A stretch of DNA of 64,000 nucleotides. It comes from a virus (lineage: Duplodnaviria; Caudoviricetes). The stretch's first letter is position 1; every line of letters starts with the position of its first letter. The stretch spans positions 32,001 to 96,000 of IMG/VR virus record IMGVR_UViG_3300014202_000529; one strand, written 5' to 3'. Made by a program: the position numbers and the translations under genes. Shown here one piece after another: positions 46,779 through 58,301 of the stretch. The notes under the pieces were generated by a model. That model ran no database searches. It had not been told where the DNA came from and saw nothing but the letters and a program-made list of their open reading frames with translations.

Positions 46779-47462
46779 TTAAAAATGAAGTCCCAACTCA
46801 ATGCCACTATATGCTCCGTCTCTGAACGTGCTGTCTCTCTGATATCCACCCTTAAGATTTACATTCACTGGACCCACAGGAACACCAACGACCGGTCCAG
46901 TTTGAACTGCATAATATCCTGCATTACCCATTGCCACAACATCCATACCCGCAGATATATATTCACCAGTTCGGTACATACTCCGAATGCGTCCCCAGAA
47001 AAAATTGTCCATTGTCACATAGTTCAGCATTCCCTGTACACTAATTCGTTCCCCCCAATGACCAGCTTCTAGCTGCACAAATGCCCCAGCTCGATTATGG
47101 TCCGAATTGTTGGAATCGACCCTACGACCCGATGCACCAATCATTGCCGCAAATGCATACGATTGTATTTTCTTTTCCAATCCTATTCCTAGGTTCATGA
47201 ACTGGACATCTGTATGGAGTGTTTGTCCACCTTTGTCATGCTCACCATATCCAAATCCACCAGTCAATCCTTGAATAAACACTTGCTCTGATAGATGTGT
47301 TCGAGCGCCTAGGTAACCAAAATACTGCTTATACATGTCACTCTGAAACCCAGTGAACACATCCCCGGCAAGAACAACACTAGGTTGAAGAAGAATCAAT
47401 AATATCACACTTAGGATGATATTCATGGGTGCTGTGTCCTTCTTCATTAGATTTCGTTTCAT
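46779..47462 (-). CDS. Outer-membrane beta-barrel, cellulose biosynthesis BcsS-like
   Basis: Signal peptide, alternating beta strands, WGRIR, G..GY...Q.G, C-terminal GAYSGIELGLHF. Confidence 0.6.
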   Translation of the reverse strand: MKRNLMKKDTAPMNIILSVILLILLQPSVVLAGDVFTGFQSDMYKQYFGYLGARTHLSEQVFIQGLTGGFGYGEHDKGGQTLHTDVQFMNLGIGLEKKIQSYAFAAMIGASGRRVDSNNSDHNRAGAFVQLEAGHWGERISVQGMLNYVTMDNFFWGRIRSMYRTGEYISAGMDVVAMGNAGYYAVQTGPVVGVPVGPVNVNLKGGYQRDSTFRDGAYSGIELGLHF

Positions 47463-50265
47463 CCATCTCTAAAATAGAATGCTCACCTGGTAACAGAACC
47501 TCTGGATTCCTGTTATTATGCCGCAGAGTCACCATGAAGACTTTTCCTCTCCCTTTTTAAAAGGGTCTGTTGGCACTGTGTAATCTTATTTTCCGCTATT
47601 TCTCGACTCTTCGCCCGCTGCATCATTTCGCAGGTCTCTTTGCTTCCATAGTCATAATACATGACTCCACCCTGTGGTGTGACTACAGCGAACCACCAAA
47701 TGAATAGAATAAGTCTTAATCCCACTCTTCTCTCATAGCTTCCTCATATGAACGTATGTAAATAATTAACCTTTTTAGTGGGGTGTAGGTTTTCCATTTT
47801 TCTGCATGCCCGGAAGCGTAGTTCCTCCAATCATATACCCGACTAATCTTTCTCCTCGTAAAATCGGTCTTCAGAAGTTCCCGATCACTGAGGTTGGGAA
47901 CACCAGGAAATTCTGCTGCTATCTCGTCTCGGCTATACACAATAGGTACCTCCATCGCTAATCATCCTCATGGTATGTGTTCAGTGGATCAGCCGACACA
48001 ATCCTCATACAACTTAATTTATTATCTCGCACAGCATCATAGATCTGTTTATACGGATGATCCATCGATGTCTTGTCAACATCAACGGTCCCCTGGAATA
48101 CTACATGCCAGGTTTCCTTCACTAGATCACACCCAACCGCTTTAAAGTTAATGCAAAACACAACAATCCACCGAAAAACGGCAGTATCTTAAACAGGGCA
48201 ACAGACCCGAAATTTCTTGGTGTGGTTATCACAAATGCCAACCCAGTCATAAACACTGCGGCATAACCAAGAGCAAATGTCTCAATCATGATCTCTCCTC
48301 CAATACGTTCTTGGCACCTTCTGCATATTTTAAAAGTGCGTCAGTTACACCATCAAGACGAGCTTCTAGCTCTCCAACTTTCCTCTTAAGGGCTTCAATA
48401 TCCTGCAGAGCATCTGAAATTCTTGAATCTAGGTGTAATGTGGGTTTCATAATATCTCCATGATACCAAACTCCCTGGCGCCTGTCAAGTCTTCTTCAAT
48501 TCCACAGATAATCTTAGAGTCTTGGTGTCGTATCCCCTCTTCTCAAGTTCCTCAATAAACGAAGGGTCAAAATCCCAAGGAAATTCACCAGGTTTCCTAT
48601 CACCAAACTTTGGGTACATTCTCTTAGAGAAGAGCACATTGGATGCTAGATGCCCATCCGGTCTGGATGGATAGCTAATGAAAAAATCATTCTCCTTTTT
48701 GCTCCATCGGACAAGAAGCTTTTTTCTATTGATCCTCACAGAATCCCCCACTTCTGCAACCATCGAATAATCCTAAATTCCAACACATCCATTACACTGG
48801 GCTCCTCAAAACTCTTATCAAAAACATTCACTCGGCAGGTTGTAAAATGTTCACCGCGTATCGTACACCCGCAACATTTTTTCATAGTGCTCCTACCAGT
48901 CAGTTAAGGTTTCAAACTCCCCAGTAACCAAATCCTTCATAATTTTTAGGGGTACACCAGTCACATGCAGATCATTGTCATATTCATAGAGAATATGTGC
49001 GATACCACTATCCTCTTCTAAATCAACCCCATCAACCCACGATACAGGAGTATTAAAAGAATCATAAAACGACCACGACCCCATTCCTTGGGTATAACAC
49101 ACCAACTCTGGATATTTCAATAGGATATTCTTCGCTTCTTGTTTGATATACTCCAACACCAAAACAGTCTGCTTCTTCTGCAAAGCATCAACCTTATCCT
49201 GAATGCTCTTTATTTTCTTATTTGTGTCGCTGTATTCTTTTGCATCGATGTCCATAACATCCTCCAAATGGGTGAGGGGGAAACTGCCGTCATGTTACGA
49301 TTCAATTTTTTCATCCGATATGGTTTCAACGCTTCTACGGGCTTAGTCATGTTATGATGCATGAGATTGCCCTCCACTCCACCACATCAGAAGGAAGCAT
49401 CAAGTCTTGGATGAAGTGTCCTGAGAGTCTTTTAGGTGTTGCCTCCATTCCAAAACAACTTCAGAACCGTCCCCCTCACTTTTCCTTACAGTCCCAACCG
49501 GTTACGTAAAATGACCACACCACCAACAAACCCATGCACCAGAACATACAAGAACCCAAGAGCAACCATAAACTCGATCAGTGCTGTTGCAAACATAACA
49601 CCCCCTCAACCATTTAAAAATGCCCACACCTTCACCCTCATGGGCATAAACTTCCACACATACGGAAGACATATGAAATCGACCAGTAGTTCCTTCATGA
49701 TGGCAACGGGACTCCATTAAAAACGAACTTGTACAGTGGTCTACCATGTGTAGACTTCATGTCATGAAGGGTTACTGTACATTTCCCCTTCCAGGTCTTC
49801 GAACACTCAACAGTCACTCGCTCACCCTTCTCTGGGAGAACTTTGTGCCCTGCTATTTGTTTAAGAATCCTCTGCGCTTGCTCTGCAGTGTAGTATGTTG
49901 TCATCAAATCACCATGAACATTGGTGCATTCCAGGTTGCAACAACCGCATTGTCAACCTGTCGAATCACCTTGGCTTTGTTTACCGCAGGAAACACCCCA
50001 AGAGATTGAGGAATGTGCGCATTGCAACCACCAGACTTCATCGACTCATGATAGGCGAAAACCCACTCCCCCAAAGATTTTTCCGTTGCTTTCCCCTTCC
50101 AGCACATCTGAACCTTCACACCCTGGCTATCAACAAATTCCATTCGGTATTTTGGAGTAATAGAGCGTCCCATCAGTTCACCCCTTTGTTATGTTTGTCA
50201 TTCATCATGATCTGAGTATAACAAAGTCTGCCAGAATGTCAAGTCCTCAAATATATACTTTCTGG

Positions 50266-50285
50266 GTGTATCATTTTAGATACAC
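50266..50285. repeat. 20-bp palindrome, copy 2
   Basis: GTGTATC-ATTTTA-GATACAC, 23 bp upstream of -35 (50237-50242). Confidence 0.85.
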
Positions 50286-51348
50286 TAGTTCCTAGGTTCG
50301 ATTGGATAATGCTGCTGGATCTCGTTCCACAACCGATGATAAAGCTTGTCATAATGCGATTGTGCCGCAGCCAGGACCGCTTTTGCCTCGGTCACCTGAA
50401 CAAGAAGACTATGCACTTCCGTCCTCGTCATCTTATCCATAATCTTCATCCTCCAGGGTATCTCGTTCCGTCAATTGCTCTAGTAAGTCATTGATCGCTT
50501 CTTCTTCGGTCTCACCGGTTCCGCATTCCTTATTAATGCTGTCTGGTGCACCATCATAGGTGTTCTCGTCAATCGCATTCCACCCAAAGTATGGTTGGTA
50601 TGTGGTTTTGATTTTAATCGTTGCCACTGTTATTGCTCCTTTAAGATCTCCTCGATCATTGCATTCCGACTTTCAACCAGCTTCTTCGCCCCCTCTGCTG
50701 CATCCTTCGTCATACTTGCTGTCGTATACATGATGAACATCACTATACCAAGCACCACCCCCGTAATAATCATCCTCATGATTTCACCCCTTTGTTTTGT
50801 TGGTCATTCATCATGATTTAAGTCTACCACACCCGTCCAAATTGTCAAGTCTTATGTGGGTCCCCATATTGAGCATCAAACTGCTTAAAATGATCATCAC
50901 AGATCGTATGACTCACCCGCGTATCGTCTAGGGGTTCCTTGTCCCCCATATCCGCAGGTTTCCCCTCTTGTAGACACCATGCGCATACGAGCTTCATTGA
51001 TTCCCCCTTCGACGGATCTCTTTCGCTTCCGTCACCACCTTGTCAAGTTCCCTCATGAAATGGATTGGAGTCGCGTTATCGGCAACATCAATCAGCTTAT
51101 CCACAAGTGTTCGTAATTGTTCACATTCACAGGGTTCCATTGGCCCTCACTTTTGGGCATTCTTTAGGCTTATCCCCACCAACTCTTTTGGTACCCTCAG
51201 TGCTGCAAAGAACACATCATCTGCTGCATCCGCTTCAACCAAACGCTCTACCCGCTTGACCAACCGTTCACAGTCTAGAACCAATTCTTTTATTTTCGTC
51301 ATATTCATCATGATTTAAGTCTACCACATCCCACCGGTCTGTCAAGCG

Positions 51349-51768
51349 TCATGTTTTGGTGGGTGTATCTTTTTGGATACAGTTACCATTTGCTGCCTTT
51401 CGAGCACTATCAATCCAGTGTTGCAAGTTGTTCAGAGTCGCGTAGTCTTTCGGTAGTGCATTATTATTCATCAACTCAATAATCTGCAGCATCCCGAACA
51501 CATGAGCCTTCAAATGTTCAACCTCATGTTTTGTATCAGTGTCACTAAAATGGCGATTTAGTAAATCGGTATCCTCCGGTCTAGATTTCAATTTAAGACC
51601 TATACTTTCCCCATACGCAACCCATTTGCCTTGCTTGAGAGCACAAAACCCAGCACTCACTGCAGTATGGTTGTAACTCTCTTTTGGAATCGTCCTATGT
51701 GGAATGGTCTCAGGAAATATAATCGGCACCAGATCATCAAACTCAGTCTTCACCACCACATATTTCAT
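51349..51768 (-). CDS. Hypothetical protein coupled to bcsA
   Basis: Overlapping start/stop; PIIFP..I.H, VSAGFC, YGES..L.LKSRPED. Confidence 0.6.
   Translation of the reverse strand: MKYVVVKTEFDDLVPIIFPETIPHRTIPKESYNHTAVSAGFCALKQGKWVAYGESIGLKLKSRPEDTDLLNRHFSDTDTKHEVEHLKAHVFGMLQIIELMNNNALPKDYATLNNLQHWIDSARKAANGNCIQKDTPTKT
51363..51382. repeat. 20-bp palindrome, copy 3
   Basis: GTGTATC-TTTTTG-GATACAG, 17 bp upstream of -35 (51340-51345). Confidence 0.8.
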
Positions 51769-53723
51769 AACAACTCCCTTCGTTGTTGGTCCTGTGCCAC
51801 ATGCGTTTCAATTTGCTGCACTGCAGAGGTTTCTAACTCTGGGTAAACTTTCAACCCGCGTTCATCTTCCCACACTCCACTATGACCAAACAGTAGAGTG
51901 ATAAGTTGACCTTCCACATGTTTCATATCCTCCGAATCAAATTTCACCGACACCCGCATACCATCTAGACGAACAATGGTTGCCATGAGCACAAATACTA
52001 TACCCACATCTTCATCATTAAATGCAACCGGAACCCGCTTCCCCACCAAGAATTTTGGTGACATTGATGTCAGGGTTATTGCTGCACCGGTCATGCTCAA
52101 ATCATACACCTTTCCATATTCTGCACCTATCAGAGCGGGAATGTTATGCAACCCCTGCCGCACATGACGGAATGCACCGCGGCGATGCTCTGTTGGTTGA
52201 GCTGTCCAAAGAGCTGCAAGTACCATCCCCAGATTGATAGTTGCCCAGACCATCGCATATGGAACTCCAAGATGATAATCCCCACTCTGCAATTCAAATG
52301 CACCCAGGATTATACCCAACCCCAACAAACAAGCAAGCACCATCAAAGGATACGTGGGTGCCCACATGCTCGCCCCATGATCCTGCTGCTCACCCTTTGG
52401 GGTAACTTCAAACACTCGTTCTTTTCGAGGAAAACAAATCGACAATGCTGCTCGACACAGACTTGGTGCCATCGCTACTTCATAGATATCAGAAGCAAAC
52501 GGATTGCGCATCCTAGCAACAGAAAGATGCATGGTGGCAATGAGTGCCAGGTACACTGCACCAAATTGTATCACTAGGTGCCACAGATCGGTTGCAACTG
52601 GGGTGATTCCAAACAAAAGCATTGTTAGTGGTGCAACCAACCCGATCATACGAGGAAACCCAAACATGAAGTAGAACATTGATCCAAGATAATCGATCCG
52701 CTGTTGCCACGTCAACCCGCGCTTCAATAACGGATTGTCACCAAAGAACACTTGCATACATCCAATCGCCCACCGCTTCCGCTGCTTCACATACCCATGA
52801 AACGTTTCCGGCATGAGTCCTGCTGATAAGGGTTGATTCACATGGACCGATTTCCATCCCCGCGAATGGAGTTCCATGCTTGTATGGATATCCTCGGTAA
52901 TCGTCTGAGTCATGAAGCCACCAATTTCCAATAGAGCCGATCGGCGCACCAACCCACCAGACCCCGCGAAGAATGCGCTATTGTGTGCATTTCTCCCAGG
53001 TTGCAGGACAGAGAAAAAGAGTTCCTGTTCGTTCTGAATCTTCCGCGATAGCCCAGATTGAAAGATGTCAGGATTATAGAAGTGTTGTGAAGTTTGCACC
53101 ATCGCCACTTTAGGATCACTAAAATGAGGTAGTGTCTCCTGCACAAAGTTTTCTGTGGGTACATGATCCACGTCAAATATTGCAATCACATCCCCAGATG
53201 TTCGAGGTAATGCCGCATTAATATTCCCAGCTTTCGCATGTTGGGGAGTATTGGTCCGGGTGTGATAGCGACACCCCAATTCCTCTGCCAACAGTCGCAC
53301 TGATTCGCGCTTTCCATCATCCAAAATGTGAACAGTGATGGAGTACCGACCCCGCTGCATCAAACAACCATAAACAGTTTGTCTCAGGAGTTCAATGGGT
53401 TCTTGGACCACACAGACAAACATATCCACACTAAGAGGTTCAACCTTGTCCGGTTTGGGGGTTGTATGAAACCCATGCCAAGTTTGAAACGCAAAAAATC
53501 CAAACTGAATGGTCCCATATAACTCTGCACCCCACAAAACAATACCTGCAACCAATGACCACGTTTCATCAGTGGGGATTGTTTCAGTGACACGCCAGAC
53601 CATGTAGCGCACATAGAGCAGACCGCTCAACATCAATGCGACTTTTCGTTGTTTTGATACCACTGCGGCAAAAATTACCATCAACCAAATACCCGTAACT
53701 ACCAAACTCGTCATCATTTTCAC
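51765..53723 (-). CDS. bcsA: Cellulose synthase catalytic subunit BcsA-like (GT2 plus PilZ)
   Basis: LDDG, HAKAGNIN, FDVDH, QTSQHFYNPD, FFAGS, TEDI, QRKRW; TM helices; PilZ RRGAFR and DLSMTG. Confidence 0.92.
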   Translation of the reverse strand: MKMMTSLVVTGIWLMVIFAAVVSKQRKVALMLSGLLYVRYMVWRVTETIPTDETWSLVAGIVLWGAELYGTIQFGFFAFQTWHGFHTTPKPDKVEPLSVDMFVCVVQEPIELLRQTVYGCLMQRGRYSITVHILDDGKRESVRLLAEELGCRYHTRTNTPQHAKAGNINAALPRTSGDVIAIFDVDHVPTENFVQETLPHFSDPKVAMVQTSQHFYNPDIFQSGLSRKIQNEQELFFSVLQPGRNAHNSAFFAGSGGLVRRSALLEIGGFMTQTITEDIHTSMELHSRGWKSVHVNQPLSAGLMPETFHGYVKQRKRWAIGCMQVFFGDNPLLKRGLTWQQRIDYLGSMFYFMFGFPRMIGLVAPLTMLLFGITPVATDLWHLVIQFGAVYLALIATMHLSVARMRNPFASDIYEVAMAPSLCRAALSICFPRKERVFEVTPKGEQQDHGASMWAPTYPLMVLACLLGLGIILGAFELQSGDYHLGVPYAMVWATINLGMVLAALWTAQPTEHRRGAFRHVRQGLHNIPALIGAEYGKVYDLSMTGAAITLTSMSPKFLVGKRVPVAFNDEDVGIVFVLMATIVRLDGMRVSVKFDSEDMKHVEGQLITLLFGHSGVWEDERGLKVYPELETSAVQQIETHVAQDQQRRELL

Positions 53724-53940
53724 TAACCCTTTCTAAGATTTCCTAATGGTTGCCGATTTACTTGGGTTCGATGTAACAGGGTCTTCCTGCTGCTTCGTAC
53801 TCAATCATTCGTAGTTTCGCTTCTTGGTAGGTTACACACTCGACAATCTTCTCTTCAACGCACAATACCCACTTCGCAGTCTTCCCAGCGATTTTTTTCA
53901 TGTTCTCCCCCTTGGTTTTCTTGTTCATCATCATGATCTA

Positions 53941-53993
53941 AGAATACCATATCAACGGATAGTGTCAAGGGGGGTGTATCTAAAAGGATACAC
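53941..53993 (-). promoter_or_regulatory. Promoter upstream of bcsA with palindrome copy 4 (53974-53993)
   Basis: GTGTATC-TAAAAG-GATACAC 5 bp upstream of TTGACA-16-TATTCT; leader AGATCATGATGATGAACAAGAAAACCAAGGGGGA. Confidence 0.85.
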
Positions 53994-54465
53994 TATGTTT
54001 TCGCATCCAGTAGTGGGTGATAAGAGCAGATAGTTCCTCACGGTAAGACAGTGCGTCATGTGTATCGAATACCACATGGATCTGTCTCATACTGTAGGTT
54101 TGTGTTTTGGTGAGCCAAGCATTCATGCTGATAATCGTGACTTCATCATCAGATTTCAGTTTGATCCTCACATACGGACCCTGATGCAATGGTGAAATGG
54201 GTTCATCGAGAGTAATTCCTGCTCCCATGAGACTCATGTTTGTAATGATGCCATGATACCCATTGACCGATACAGAAATACCGGACACGTCATACCGACC
54301 ATGTAATTTAGAGCGTCGGTCTAGATCTGCTGCTTTTCTACGAGAATCGCGCACACTGAGCACCGCGATAGAGCAGAACACCACAACCAACATAGCAATC
54401 ACTATCATCCACATCACACCGTAGATTTGTGTCACAAGTTCCATACGTCCCCCTAATAGATCCAT
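53980..54465 (-). CDS. Membrane-anchored PilZ-domain protein
   Basis: N-terminal TM; DRRSKLHGR and TNMSLMGAG PilZ-like motifs; similar to the BcsA C terminus. Confidence 0.7.
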   Translation of the reverse strand: MDLLGGRMELVTQIYGVMWMIVIAMLVVVFCSIAVLSVRDSRRKAADLDRRSKLHGRYDVSGISVSVNGYHGIITNMSLMGAGITLDEPISPLHQGPYVRIKLKSDDEVTIISMNAWLTKTQTYSMRQIHVVFDTHDALSYREELSALITHYWMRKHSVSF

Positions 54466-54977
54466 TCGGAAATATTCACAACTGCAGATAACTTACTCTC
54501 CGTCTTCACCAACACATGCACCGGCACCCCAATCCTCCGTAGCACTCGAACCACTGGCGCAATCGTCACAAAATACGCATACTCCACACCCAGCGATTTC
54601 AGATCCCTATGGATACTCTTCAACAGCATCGAGACGATAGGAAACCCATCATGACGCACAAATGGATCAACACAGAGACGCGAAACTTCCGCGCTGCTCT
54701 TTTTATTGAATGGGGTGGGCAGCACATCAAGAAAATCTTTTTCGATCATATATTGGTGTTCTTCATGAATCACGCGAGCATACGCGATTGGTGCATCATC
54801 CATATACACCGCGTAGGGCATACACTGTGCATCATATTCATCCTGGTCCTGTCGGTCTGGGGTCTCCGGTATCCAGTGCAATTCTTCAGCGAAAACTTTG
54901 TAGCGCAACCGCATTGCGGCAGGACTCTGCACACCAGACACCACGCGATACATAGGACCGTGCCAGTTAGGTCTCAT
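54453..54977 (-). CDS. LuxI-like acyl-homoserine-lactone synthase (GNAT fold)
   Basis: RLRYKVFAEELHW, DQDEYD, AYARV, EVSRLCV; start MRPNW overlaps the stop of an upstream Cys-rich ORF. Confidence 0.75.
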   Translation of the reverse strand: MRPNWHGPMYRVVSGVQSPAAMRLRYKVFAEELHWIPETPDRQDQDEYDAQCMPYAVYMDDAPIAYARVIHEEHQYMIEKDFLDVLPTPFNKKSSAEVSRLCVDPFVRHDGFPIVSMLLKSIHRDLKSLGVEYAYFVTIAPVVRVLRRIGVPVHVLVKTESKLSAVVNISEWIY

Positions 54978-55131
54978 CTTGACATCGTTTCCTACAGTCA
55001 TCACAACATGCACACATTGTGCCCAGATCGGCATACAGATCTTCTTTGTATGGACAAGTGTGTAGCGTCTTCGAACGGGGATTATCACAATCCCTGGCAT
55101 GCAGACCTGGACACTTCTTTTCTTTCCTCAT
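54967..55131 (-). CDS. Small Cys-rich protein (54 aa)
   Basis: Manual translation ...HTCPYKEDLYADLGTMCACCDDCRKRCQDET. Confidence 0.55.
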   Translation of the reverse strand: MRKEKKCPGLHARDCDNPRSKTLHTCPYKEDLYADLGTMCACCDDCRKRCQDET

Positions 55132-55311
55132 GACTCAGTACTCCACAACGGATGCTGTATACACATACGCATCCTTCCCCTGTGCTTGCGCTTGTTTCAC
55201 ATCACGTTCCGCAAGTGACTTGGACTCGTATTCCTCTTGCATGAGTCCGTTCACAATGACTCGGTAGACTGTGCGGTAGTTTGCTTTTTGCATTCTCATT
55301 GTTGAATACTC

Positions 55312-55659
55312 CTATCGAAGGTAGTTCCACCGTCTTGCATGCAACTCCCTCGGATTCACTGTTGCAATGTTCCCGATATCCGCTTTCTTTTTCTTGTTGT
55401 AATCCGGCACTCCATATCCTTTAATATTGTACAATTCCCCTGTTGCACTTTCAACCAGAAATGCACCAGACCCACCACAATCCAGGTATGCGAACTTTTT
55501 CCCCACCTTCTTCAAGTGCCATCTATCATGGGGATGTGTGAAACCCCTTCGAGCAAAATCCTCAGCTTCCAGCTTGTTCAACTCAACCGCAAGCGCCTCG
55601 ATCTTGGTTGTCAGATGTTCCATGATTTCCCCCTTGGTTTTGTTGTTCATCATCATCAT
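55312..55659 (-). CDS. Early hypothetical protein
   Basis: First gene after promoter 55666-55693; likely start MEHLTT. Confidence 0.6.
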   Translation of the reverse strand: MMMMNNKTKGEIMEHLTTKIEALAVELNKLEAEDFARRGFTHPHDRWHLKKVGKKFAYLDCGGSGAFLVESATGELYNIKGYGVPDYNKKKKADIGNIATVNPRELHARRWNYLR

Positions 55660-55719
55660 GGTCTAATCATACCATAGCTGCCAATCTTGTCAAGGGGTCT
55701 CCAAACACTCATGTTTAAA

Positions 55720-55739
55720 GTGTATCCTTTTAGATACAC
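55720..55739. repeat. 20-bp palindrome, copy 5
   Basis: GTGTATC-CTTTTA-GATACAC, 26 bp upstream of -35. Confidence 0.85.
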
Positions 55740-56338
55740 CGCTACTTCCGGTTAATATAGTAATCGACTACCAGATGGAGTAGGGACATGAATATTGACA
55801 CCCCCGCTAAGGCAAGCGCAATGAGTTGCATCCAACCCCCTCGATCATCATGTGACAATATAAACGCAAACATCAACCACAACACGGCGCGAAATTCCCA
55901 TAGTGTATCCTTACTCATGGTTGTATCCCCCGTTTCATCAATTCCTCAATTGCTTTATTGGACGCTTCATTGACCCCCGCTTCATCTAACACCCGATCTA
56001 ACTTCTCCTCGACTTCCTTCAGTTTCGAAAGAAGGAGTATCAATATTTCATGTGAATTTGCATGATCACGGTTCAGTAAGACTTTAGTTTCAAAACGATA
56101 AAATGCTACATCTTCAAGTGTTCTATTCAATAGAGAGATAGCATCCTGTCGCGTCATCTTCTTCATGCTGGGTCCTTCGGAATCCAGATAGATCTAAGAT
56201 CCGGGTGAATGTGCACCGTTTCACCAAGGACCGTATGATGCCAGTATTGTGCACCATCATAGGAAAACTCACCAACCACTTCCAGAGACCGGTAGCGTTT
56301 TCCAACTTCCATCCCCACCGTTCGAACATAGAGTGCTA

Positions 56339-56743
56339 TCATCGTTTCACCTTCATAATGAATTCGTACCCATCATGTGCTGTTGCTTTATAGGTCCTCA
56401 CAAACCCCCTCGTATTCATGTACACAATCTTGGTAGATCCCATCAACCGCCGCAGATCGATATACCCCTCACTCATGATCGGCACCGGTTCTTCATAGAT
56501 CGACCCGTTTGAGATATCGACCAAGCAAAAGAGTGCCCAGATCTTCTTATCATTCAACGCTTGCGCGATCTCACCCTGCATGAGGATTCGACTGACGACA
56601 AACTCACCATCAGTCAAGACGCGCCTCATTGTGACCTGTTCACCCGATCTCACCCAATACCGCTCCATCTCTCTATCCACATCTTCTATAATTTCTTGTA
56701 GATTTTCGTCTGTCATCACCGCCTCCGATTCAGAGTCTATCAA
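56339..56743 (-). CDS. Hypothetical protein, paralogue of 60065-60463
   Basis: Shared IW.LF.LV..S.G......P.MSEG.ID.R.L. Confidence 0.6.
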   Translation of the reverse strand: MIDSESEAVMTDENLQEIIEDVDREMERYWVRSGEQVTMRRVLTDGEFVVSRILMQGEIAQALNDKKIWALFCLVDISNGSIYEEPVPIMSEGYIDLRRLMGSTKIVYMNTRGFVRTYKATAHDGYEFIMKVKR

Positions 56744-57283
56744 GTGGTAGAGAGCTTGTCAAGCTTATTGTTTGATACATGAGACACAGGTATAGAGAAT
56801 CAACCCATCTTCTCTAGCTGTCACACAGTTCCATCCCTTTGGATACGAATATCTCGCATTGAACCGCAGCATACTTGTGCCCGGCAACCCACCACCATGA
56901 TAAACCATCGTCACCTTTGGACCCATTTCACTTTTTCGGCAGACTGAACAAGTAAAATCTCTGCAGTATGTCACTGTCACTGTCTCGATCTCGGTTTTCA
57001 TAATGTCTCCATGTTAAAAGTTAAATGCCAGATATCGGTTACATGGTATCACCTTGGGCTAGTGGTTTATTTGCCATTATGCGTACAAATAAGACAAACA
57101 CATCCTCTTTGCTTGTTCAAGTGTATCCATGCTGCCGGTCTGCAACAACGGACCATTGACAAGTTTACCATAGCGACCCATCCAAAGTGCATAGACATCA
57201 TAGAGATACCGGTCATTGACTCGATAGATCACTGCGCTTTTATCTGTGGTCTTTTGAAACCAGATTCCCATGTTCCTCTTCTC

Positions 57284-57784
57284 CTATTGCTTTGCGGTAC
57301 ATGCACCGATCAAGAGCTTCAACATGTCCACTCGATTTTTTCCATATACTGGGATGTCCTCGATCCCCATCAATTTAGCACCACTCTCTAAGAGCTGATT
57401 CTGGATCTTAATCAGCTCATGCTCTGCAACAAGTGCTGGGCAATACCCCGCTTGCACATCGTACCCCTGCTCTTTGTGTGCTTTGTCACATGCTGCATAG
57501 TACTCTGTCACCCTGGGGTCATCCGTCAAGTACAGGTCAGAAGGTTTATCGAGGGGCCGTCCGTAATCCGTCATCCCCTTTGTGATGTCGGCATCAACCT
57601 TGAACCCGTAGGTTTCGAAGATTGGTTGTGTATACGAGTCAACATGTTCCCGCACCAGCTCTGCCTGTGCTTGAGCTTTACAGACCATCAACGCAAGTTC
57701 CTTGTTGACCTTCGCCCACAATTTAAACGCAGCGAGTGTTGGTGTCTTCATCGTTTCCCCCTTGGTTTTCTTGTTCATCATCAT
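57284..57784 (-). CDS. Early hypothetical protein
   Basis: First gene after promoter 57791-57818; likely start MKTPTL. Confidence 0.6.
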   Translation of the reverse strand: MMMNKKTKGETMKTPTLAAFKLWAKVNKELALMVCKAQAQAELVREHVDSYTQPIFETYGFKVDADITKGMTDYGRPLDKPSDLYLTDDPRVTEYYAACDKAHKEQGYDVQAGYCPALVAEHELIKIQNQLLESGAKLMGIEDIPVYGKNRVDMLKLLIGACTAKQ

Positions 57785-57833
57785 GATCTAAGAATACCAT
57801 AGGTGCCAGGAAAGTCAAGTATCAAATTTTCGG

Positions 57834-57853
57834 GTGTATCTAAAAGGATACAG
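57834..57853. repeat. 20-bp palindrome, copy 6
   Basis: GTGTATC-TAAAAG-GATACAG, 15 bp upstream of -35. Confidence 0.85.
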
Positions 57854-58301
57854 TCATACATACGCTTGAGGGTGTGTCTCCAAATAGTTCATCTGTTCAT
57901 CGACATCATGACGCTTAATGCTGTTTGGAATCCATGCTCGATAGAATCTCATGTAGCACTCAGATCCACCTTGCCAAACCCCCTCTGGATCATACATGCT
58001 GGTTTCGTCCCACCACTCTAGAAGCCAGCGCCCCTGCATGGTCTTTTTGTGTTTTCTCACCACTCCACCCATTCAACATCTTTTCTCGGTACAATCGCAT
58101 ACACAATGCTCCTCAATTCACCCCACTCCATGATGGTTTCCTGAGCGCGAGCATGTGTTATAGAACTATGCACTGCACGAAGTTGTCCTTCACCGATCTC
58201 CTTGCAGATCAAAAAATCATGATCACTCAATACGGCATAGATGTTGTTTGGTTTGTGCACCTTGATCATCCTGGTTCCTTTCTCTCTATCCGCATGTCCC
58301 C

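Noticed and set aside
54978-55100. N-terminal extension of the LuxI-like ORF given by the ORF track
   Set aside because: The region is better explained by the overlapping Cys-rich ORF 54967-55131
55623-55659. MMMMN N-termini of early proteins as a peptide motif
   Set aside because: They derive from the conserved ATGATGATGAAC leader; true starts follow the AAGGGGGA SD, though near-leaderless initiation is not excluded
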